DNA from: Octopus bimaculoides
Lineage: Eukaryota
Reading direction: 5' to 3'
NCBI RefSeq assembly: GCF_001194135.2
Contig: NC_068987.1
Coordinates: 37,274,912-37,335,598 of the forward strand
Length of the DNA: 60,687 nucleotides
In this document: positions 52,185-60,687 of the stretch, piece after piece
Layout: each line of letters begins with the position of its first letter
How positions within the stretch are numbered: position 1 is the first letter of the stretch
Made by a program: the position numbers and the translations under genes
Notes under the pieces: generated by a model
Told to the model about the DNA's origin: nothing
What the model saw: only the letters and a program-made list of their open reading frames with translations
Database searches by the model: none

Positions 52185-52655
52185 TGCGATCAGAAAACAT
52201 CTAAGAAATTGCTTCGAGAATTATAGACTGAAAAAATTGATCCAGGCTCAAGAGAAAAGGAAAAGTTTAAAAAGATGAGGAGAGAGATAGCACTCTATAA
52301 ATCAGGGATGACGGCGCTTAAGAACAAGGATGGGCTCACGGTGAGGCGAAGGAGATATGCAAAACCTGCACCAATCTTTTTAAATCACCAGTGAAGCTTG
52401 ATCCTCCACTTCACTAATGTTGGAAGAAGTGTCACCTATTCTGATCAGTGAAACTGAAAATGCCTTCGAACTTATGAAGACAAAGAGAAAGATGGTATGA
52501 CAAGAGAAATATTAAGACGCAGAGGTGAAGAGCTTGTGGAATATCTGGAAGAGAGCAAAATACCCTCACTGTGAAAAGAATCAAATACCAACCTACTTCA
52601 TAAAAAGGGTGATTAAAAATGTTAAAGACTATTGCCTATATGTCTCCATATGCTC
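52185..52655 (+). mobile_element. RTE-clade LINE fragment (pre-RT and RT start)
   Basis: RKSLKKMRREIALYKSGMTALKNKDG; PILISETENA; DGMTREIL; LLHKKGD...DYCL. Confidence 0.75.
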
Positions 52656-53114
52656 ATGAAAAGTCTTTAGGTACCAGTCGATCTTTTTTTGTTTGTGGTT
52701 TGATATGTTTTCTCTTCTTTGCAGGCACATATAAATAAAATAATTGTGCTTTTAGATTAATTATAACTTTAATTTGGTAAAATAATTTGGTTGGTGCTAG
52801 GACGGGTATTCGCTCATATGAACCATGTATAAATGGAGTTCTGTGATGACTCATGATTCGTCGGATCCTGGAAAATGGATATTAAATGAGAATGATAATG
52901 ATGATGAGGATATTTATCTCCGGGTGTATGCGTTTATAAATTAGAAAGCAAAGATAATCAACACCAAACACACACACACGCACACCACTACGATTACAGC
53001 ATGAAATGCAAGGTGAAATCGGATGAATTCGAATTGGGAATGTAAAAGAAAGCAGCTCAGGCATATCGCCACACCACCACCATCACCACCACCACTATGA
53101 TACAATGATAACAG

Positions 53115-54885
53115 TAGGAAACATGTTTTTTGTTGTCTGCTGTTTGAGACATGTTTCCTAATAATTTTGGGGTGCTGATTTCAAAAATGAAATCCATTTT
53201 GCTCAATCACATCAGGATTTTTCAAGAACTCAAATGTTCCTTTTTTTAACATTTCCTGTATTGTTCCTATTTCTAAAGATAGATTTTGCTTCATCAAATA
53301 CAGACCTGTGCATCGAGCTTGACATAACTTTGAAAACAGTTTTCCAATATCATTTAAAGTAAATGCAATCAGAAAACTGAAGTCATGAGTTAAATATATT
53401 CAGTAAATAAAATGCATCAAACTTGAGCAACTTCCATGATTTCCAATATAACCAGTTTCAAATGTCATGATGACGACAATTAGAGGTTAATAAACAATAG
53501 ATTTCTGTTGTCTTTGTCATCATAGATATCTTTTATTTGCGGAATTTGCCAACAAATATGCCTACGCTGTGCTTGATTTAGTGCAACTATCATTGCAAAC
53601 CTGATTAAATATGTTTTGCTGAACCTTTTAACTATTTCTTATGAAAATTTTTATTTTGAATGCGCCCTTAACATTTTAATTGTGAGCTCACATGGGTCAG
53701 GGTCACTTTTTATCAAGCATAGTCAAAGAACTGTAGAAAGAACTTCATGATATGTACGCTCTTTATAGAACTTTGCCACCACATTTGCTTCCTTTTATAA
53801 CTGTTGATAAGTCTGAAAATATTTTCCCAGGTGACAACTGGCTTGAATATATGCTTTGTATTTCAGAAATATGGCCAACTGTGAGAAAAGAAAATGCTAA
53901 AACAGCCCCGATGTCTTCTGTCATATTTGTGGATGTTACACTTTACCTAGGAAGCAAAACAACGTTACTTATTTTGGCATAAAACAGGATGATCAACACG
54001 AAGCCTGTGCTCTCCATTTAGTGTATAAAAAGTGTTGAAACACTGAAACAGTAACTGCTTTAAATACTTAAGCAGAAAGTTTCCAGCTTTGTCTTGTCAG
54101 AAAATTAAGTTTGGTGTGTTTGACGGGCCCTGTTAACCAGTTGTCAAGCATTGGGTTGCAACATGAGTGTAAAAGTGCATTTTCTGCACAGTCATCTGGA
54201 CTACTTCCATGAAAATCATAGTGCATAAGTGGAGAGCAAGGAGAAAAATATTCCACCAAGACATCGAGACCATGGATACTAGGTATCAAGGCAGGTGGAA
54301 CACAAACATGACGGCTGACTACTACTGGTCTCCGCAGAGTGATTGTTGCAATGCAAGTTATTCACGCAAAGCAGCAAATAGAAAGTTCACTCCTTGAATA
54401 GCTGAAACTCTACTTTGACAGAAATATCTATCCTAAGATATACTATTTGGCTTGTGCTATTTTTTTAAATTTCAGTATAGCATTTAATAGCAAATTTGAC
54501 ATTTTTTTCGTAAAAAAATTAATTTCTCTAAAAATTTGACGTGGTAGAAAATTTCTGAGGGCATTTCTGAACTCAGTGTCATCAAATTAGGTAGGACTAA
54601 TTGCAAAAAGCAAGACAACTAAGCAATTTTTTTCGAAAATGGTCCCCAGTGTTATCAACAAAATAAAAGCATCTGACCAGCCCTATTACTTACGGACAAA
54701 AGAAAAAAAAAATACAGTTGTGCTTATTCAGAGAAACTGTAGAAAAACGAAAAAAAAAAAAAGAAAAGAACTTGACGTGATGGAAGAAAACTGACTGTAG
54801 TTTTGAAATCAGTATGTCAATTTTAGTCTAAATGAAATGAAAAAACAAACTCAACAGAAATAATATTCAAAATTGTTCCCCTGTG
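53115..54885 (+). mobile_element. Internally deleted DNA transposon, CMC/Chapaev3-like (class from recollection)
   Basis: KNSPDVFCHICGCYT; VKVHFLHSHLDYF; FHQDIETMDTRYQGRWNTNM.ADY.W. Candidate termini ...CCCCAGTG (54651) and ...CCCCTGTG (54885). Confidence 0.6.
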
Positions 54886-55041
54886 TAATATTTGCTAAAA
54901 TAGGTTCAAAGTAACTCCTTTTAGAGTCGGGTATAACCGAACAGATATTCGCAAAACATCACTGGTGCTTAGTAATGTATTATCTTTGGAATTTAAAATT
55001 GATTTTGACGGGGTTTGAACTCAGAACGATACTAATTATTG

Positions 55042-55252
55042 GCTTCAAATTTTGACACAAGGTCAGCAATTGTCAGAGAGGGATAAGTCGATTACATCGA
55101 CCGTAGTATGCTACTGGTATTTATTTTATGGACTCCCAAAGATTAAAAGGCAAAGCCGATCTCTGCGGAATTTGAACTCAGAACGTAAAGACGGACGAAA
55201 TGTCATAAAGAATTTTGTCCAGTGTGCTAACGATTCGGCTAGTTCTCCACCC
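55042..55252 (-). mobile_element. SINE family A
   Basis: GGATAAGTCGATTACATCGACC...GCGGAATTTGAACTCAGAACGTAAAGACGGACGAAAT. Confidence 0.88.
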
Positions 55253-55488
55253 TGACGACACTAAATACCACATGGTATTGTGTCCACCGATCTAATTATT
55301 CTACCAGTGTCCTACCACCACCGCTGCCGCAACCGCACAGCCACAATCACCACCACCACTACCACCACCACCACCACCACCACCAGAATGATGATGATGA
55401 TGGTTTCTAATTTTGGCACATATTTACTAATTTGTAAATGAGTGTACATATTTTAACACCACCATGACCACCACAACTAACTACTACC

Positions 55489-55519
<31 letters not shown>

Positions 55520-55846
55520 CTACTACTACTACTACTACTACTGTTACATAAATGACAAAGGCCACGTTGCTTAAAAAGAAATACAGCAGGAGCGAAGGTA
55601 ATAAGACTACTTACATACCACATCACTGAGCCATCTTATATTACCACCACCACCATCACCACCCCACTGCCATAACAACCTACACCACCACCACCACCAC
55701 CACCTCCAGCATGAGCACCACCACCAATACCATAACCATTCATATTACCACCACCAGCCATCACCATCACCACAAAAATGTACTACCACTACCGCAAACC
55801 ACCAACCCCCAACACACTCATCACACAAAACCATCACCACAAACGC

Positions 55847-55908
<62 letters not shown>

Positions 55909-57169
55909 CCATCATCATCATCACCATCATCATCATTATAGTCATCATCGTCATAAGTACAACTACCTATACAAACTAACACCAGTCCCTGGTAAGCCTC
56001 CTCTCCCATCACACAGCAAGCACAACACCTCTCAGCACGTCAACTCACCGTACACTTACCTGAGATCCCAGCACAAAGCTGTATCTTAATTTGATACATT
56101 GGCACAGCATCAAAGTAAGACCTTCCGAAATATTTACAAGATTCAGTGGAGGTGAGTGGAGCAGAGAATGGCAGGTGGAAGGGATGGAAATAATTCTTCA
56201 CATTCTTTGGACCTCTCTCAAGACAAGGCATGTCTATAATGAACAGAAATATGTGTTTGTATGTGTGAGCGGCCATGACGATGGGGGTATGTATATTCAA
56301 AATTTTTACGTTTTCGTATATGTACTACGTATATATATATGTGAATGTATATATATATATATATATNNNNNNNNNNNNNNNNNNNNNNNNNNNNNNNNNN
56401 NNNNNNNNNNNNNNNNNNNNNNNNNNNNNNNNNNNNNNNNNNNNNNNNNNNNNNNNNNNNNNNNNNNNNNNNNNNNNNNNNNNNNNNNNNNNNNNNNNNN
56501 NNNNNNNNNNNNNNNNNNNNNNNNNNNNNNNNNNNNNNNNNNNNNNNNNNNNNNNNNNNNNNNNNNNNNNNNNNNNNNNNNNNNNNNNNNNNNNNNNNNN
56601 NNNNNNNNNNNNNNNNNNNNNNNNNNNNNNNNNNNNNNNNNNNNNNNNNNNNNNNNNNNNNNNNNNNNNNNNNNNNNNNNNNNNNNNNNNNNNNNNNNNN
56701 NNNNNNNNNNNNNNNNNNNNNNNNNNNNNNNNNNNNNNNNNNNNNNNNNNNNNNNNNNNNNNNNNNNNNNNNNNNNNNNNNNNNNNNNNNNNNNNNNNNN
56801 NNNNNNNNNNNNNNNNNNNNNNNNNNNNNNNNNNNNNNNNNNNNNNNNNNNNNNNNNNNNNNNNNNNNNNNNNNNNNNNNNNNNNNNNNNNNNNNNNNNN
56901 NNNNNNNNNNNNNNNNNNNNNNNNNNNNNNNNNNNNNNNNNNNTATATGTGTGTGTGTGTGTGTGTGTGTGCGTGTGTGTGTTTATGTGTTGTATGCATC
57001 TATGTTTATGTGTGTGTGTGCATCCATGTTTGTGTATCTATGTTTGTGTGCCTGTATTTGTCCTCCACCATCACTTGATAACCGACATTGGTGTGTTTAC
57101 GTACCTGTCACATAGCAGTTCGGCCAAAGAGACCGATAGAATAAGTACTAGGCTTACAAAGAATAATTA

Positions 57170-57484
57170 ACAGCTATATTTAAGAGATGAGGAATTATGT
57201 ACACTATTTGCATTATTTAGATTATTTAAATTTGACGGATATTTGTCTTCTTGTTTGTTGTTAACACAACGCTTCGGCTGCTATACCCTCCAGACTTTAG
57301 CAGGTGTCTTGGGGGAAATTTCGAACCTGGCTTCTCATTCCTAAGGTATTTTTCCCCGGGTCTTCTTTCCCTGCCGATCCGTCCAAGCCCGTTCCCCTGG
57401 CTGTGGCTTCGCTAGACAGTCACTGCCTCGAATCGAACTTAGAATCTTGGGGTTAGTAGCCCACGCTGTTAACCACTTTGCCCA
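57170..57484 (-). mobile_element. Composite SINE family D, full length, with a 28S rRNA-derived middle
   Basis: Head GGGCAAAGTGGTTAAC...GGG-CTACTAA-CCC...AAGTTCGATTCG (57420-57484). Tail 57170-57355 is homologous to 24130-24306 and includes a decayed HHR at 57263-57308. Confidence 0.85.
57358..57419 (-). rRNA. ~62-nt 28S rRNA fragment (not a gene), peptidyl-transferase-proximal segment
   Basis: CTGTCTAGCGAAGCCACAGCCAGGGGAACGGGCTTGGACGGATCGGCAGGGAAAGAAGACCC versus the recalled conserved metazoan 28S CTATCCAGCGAAACCACAGCCAAGGGAACGGGCTTGGCGGAATCAGCGGGGAAAGAAGACCC. Confidence 0.85.
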
Positions 57485-57492
57485 TATATATG

Positions 57493-58640
57493 TTAGGTCG
57501 TCAAGTAGGAAATTTGTAGAGAAGGAAAAAATTTGCTAATGTTTTATAAATACAAAGAATAGTTTTATTCCTCAAAGTATGCACCCATATTGTCTATACA
57601 CTTTTGCCATTTCAGCTGTAGCTTGTCCAGCCTGGAACTGTAAAAGCTTGCCAATCTAGAGTCAATAAAATATTGGAAGGCCTGCTTTATAGCATCATCG
57701 GAATTAAATTCTTTTGCTATCAAAAAGTTTTCCAAATTCTGGAAGAAGTGGTTGTCAGTGGGGGCAAGATCAGGTGAGTATGGTGGATGATGGAGAACTT
57801 CCAACTCCAATTCCTGCTGTGTCGCCAGTGTCATTTTTGCGATGTGTGGTCTGGCGTTGTCTTGCAATAAATTAGAAATTAGGAGTGGATCTGTTGACTA
57901 ATCTAGGCTGTTTTCTTTTTGTAAGTTTCTGGATCATTCGGTCCAGTTCGTTGCAGTATACTTTGGCCGTGATTGATGAGCCAGCTTTAATGAAATCATA
58001 ATGGATCACACCTGCACCAGACCACCAAATACACACCATCTGCTCCTGTTGATGAATTTCGCTTTTTGGACTGTATTTTGGTAGCTCGTCTTTGTCCAAC
58101 AATTGTGCTGAACGTTTACGGTTGTTGTATTGGATCCATTTCTCATCGCTTGTTACAATTCGATTAAAAAATTATTCATTTTTGTAACGAGAAAGTAGCA
58201 TAATGCAGGCTTCCAAACATTGCTGTTTCTGATTTTCATTGGAACCCACCTATCCAACTTTTTCACTTTACCAATTTGAACTAGGTGACTCAATATTGTT
58301 TCCTTGCTAACACCAAACAACAACGATAATTCACAGGCACTTTGATATGGATCTGACTCGACGGTGGTTTTCATTTCGCCATTATCAACTTTCGTTTCTG
58401 GTCGACCGCGTTGCTCATTTGTGAGGTCAAAGTTACCAGAAAGAAATTTTGAAAAACAATTTGATACTGTCTGCTGTGTAATAACATTAAAATGAAATAC
58501 TCCATTAATATTATGATTTGTCTGTGATGCTGTATTTCCAAGAAAGAACTCATATTTCAGAACTGTACGAATTTCCGACTTATCCATCTCTACACAAACA
58601 TAGCAAAAAACGATTTATAGGTTCTTTATAAAGCGCAAAA
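57493..58640 (-). mobile_element. Decayed mariner, cecropia/Hsmar1-like
   Basis: MDKSEIRTVLKYEF...GKVKKLDRWVP; WWSGAGVIHY; QDNARPH...HPPYSPDLAPTD; GAYFEE*. Terminus TTAGGTCGTC at ~57492. Confidence 0.92.
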
Positions 58641-58708
58641 TGAGTTAGAATAAGAAATAGATGTGTCAGCTTTCTACCAAAAAATAAAGATTGTCAAAAT
58701 ATAATAAT

Positions 58709-58900
58709 GTTTCAGTCATTTGACTGCGGTCATGCAGGAGCACCGCCTTTAGTCAAACAAATCGACCCCAGGACTTATTCTTTGTAAGCCTAGTACTTAT
58801 TCTATCGTTCTTTTTTGCCGAACCGCTAGTTTACTGGGATGTAAACACACCAACACCGGTTTTCAAGCTATGGTGGGGTGACAAACACAGACACACAAAC
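58709..58900 (-). mobile_element. SINE family B, 3' part; a further degenerate copy lies at ~59671-60015
   Basis: Reverse complement of the 42520-42710 segment. Confidence 0.88.
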
Positions 58901-60687
58901 ATATACACATATATCTGTATGTATATGCATATATATAATATATATATATACATATGCATANNNNNNNNNNNNNNNNNNNNNNNNNNNNNNNNNNNNNNNN
59001 NNNNNNNNNNNNNNNNNNNNNNNNNNNNNNNNNNNNNNNNNNNNNNNNNNNNNNNNNNNNNNNNNNNNNNNNNNNNNNNNNNNNNNNNNNNNNNNNNNNN
59101 NNNNNNNNNNNNNNNNNNNNNNNNNNNNNNNNNNNNNNNNNNNNNNNNNNNNNNNNNNNNNNNNNNNNNNNNNNNNNNNNNNNNNNNNNNNNNNNNNNNN
59201 NNNNNNNNNNNNNNNNNNNNNNNNNNNNNNNNNNNNNNNNNNNNNNNNNNNNNNNNNNNNNNNNNNNNNNNNNNNNNNNNNNNNNNNNNNNNNNNNNNNN
59301 NNNNNNNNNNNNNNNNNNNNNNNNNNNNNNNNNNNNNNNNNNNNNNNNNNNNNNNNNNNNNNNNNNNNNNNNNNNNNNNNNNNNNNNNNNNNNNNNNNNN
59401 NNNNNNNNNNNNNNNNNNNNNNNNNNNNNNNNNNNNNNNNNNNNNNNNNNNNNNNNNNNNNNNNNNNNNNNNNNNNNNNNNNNNNNNNNNNNNNNNNNNN
59501 NNNNNNNNNNNNNNNNNNNNNNNNNNNNNNNNNNNNNNNNNNNNNNNNNNNNNNNNNNNNNNNNNNNNNNNNNNNNNNNNNNNNNNNNNNNNNNNNNATA
59601 TACTTACACATATGCATTTTGGGATATATGTTTGTATTTATGTATGTATATGTATATGTATGTGTATATCCTTTATCTTTCACTTGTTTCAGTGATTAGA
59701 CTGCGGCCATATACTTATTTTTGTTAAGCTTGGTACGTATCTTCTTTTTTGACGAGCCGTTAACTTTCGTCAACGGCGACGCACCGGTATCAGTTGTCAA
59801 TCGGTGCAAGTGTCAAACACAGGCACAAAGACACACACACACATAGGTATGTACATATGTATACGACGGTCTTCTTCAGCTTTCCTCTACTAAGTTCACT
59901 TACAAGGTTTTGCCCGCCTCCTGTCTATAGTAAGATATTTGTCCAAATTATCACGCAGGGAGTCTGAATTTGGAACTCTGTGGTTGGGAAGCAAAGTTCT
60001 TACCACAAGGCCATTCTGCATATTTATATATGTTGCAAAGCGGTCTTTTGCCATTGTTGTATCTGTCGTTAGACGACGGTTGTGGTTATGACAGATATTG
60101 TTATATTCCGAAGTCGTCGATAGAATGTTTCTATTTCGCGCTGTACGACTGGGGGTCGTACAGTATTATTATCCTTAAAAGTTTGGATCGATATAACGTC
60201 CACGCAGTATCACAATATAATTATGATATCAGCACAGACACAACTATCAACACAGTCTACACACACTCTCGACCTTCTGACCTTCTCCCTGTCGACCGGC
60301 TACTGGTCTATTTATAATGGTTGTCTACTACCACTTTTTACCGGGAGGAGTGTACAGTTTCACTTTACAACATCTCCCCTTTTAATTTTTTTTTTTATTA
60401 ACAATCAATTTATTTTATTCACCTTCCGTATTTATTCTTCTTAGGATCTACTTTTAGGAATTCAATGTTCTTCCTTTTCTTTGTACGTGTGGTTTCGACT
60501 TATAACAGTGTTGGAACCTGAAAAGTGACAGAGAGCCAGTTTTTCAAGCTGAGAGGATGTAAACTCTGTCTTTCTTTTTCTCTACCCACGACGAAAGATT
60601 GCATCCGAAACGTTGGATATTCCATTCCTCACGGCAAGTTCACTGTACTCCTTTCACTTTTTTCGATATGTATATATATATATATAT

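Noticed and set aside
56108-56151. Possible 44-nt exon ending at GTGAGT
   Set aside because: Poor polypyrimidine tract and unrecognised peptide.
57358-57419. An rDNA locus
   Set aside because: Only ~62 nt match and both flanks are SINE sequence.
57420-57484. SINE heads (also 38640-38708, 49385-49455) as tRNA genes
   Set aside because: No acceptor stem closure, and they continue into repeat bodies.

Overview
Eukaryotic, AT-rich, microsatellite-saturated draft scaffold with 10 N gaps. The repeat families and simple-repeat load point to an octopod cephalopod (Octopus-like); this is inferred from recognition, not from a search. No host protein-coding gene can be supported. Nearly all long ORFs in the track are microsatellite or gap artefacts, or fragments of decayed transposons. 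Transposons present: several R4/Dong-type RLE LINEs, a Hero-like LINE, an RTE fragment, a Naiad-type Penelope-like element (PLE), an internally deleted Helitron, three mariners, a DD37D Tc1/mariner, a Chapaev3-like element, MITEs and many tRNA-derived SINEs. The most interesting signal is non-coding: several unrelated families of type I hammerhead ribozymes (HHR), four copies with intact catalytic cores. They occur in (i) a 524-bp monomer present as a permuted tandem plus inverted copy (41221-42312, retrozyme/PLE-like), (ii) a composite SINE with a tRNA-like Pol III head and an HHR tail (23809-24306, 57170-57484), one copy carrying a ~62-nt 28S rRNA fragment where the other has a microsatellite, and (iii) a solitary canonical HHR at 51606-51661. 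All folds were read by eye and none was computed or tested. TE boundaries are approximate unless a terminus is stated.
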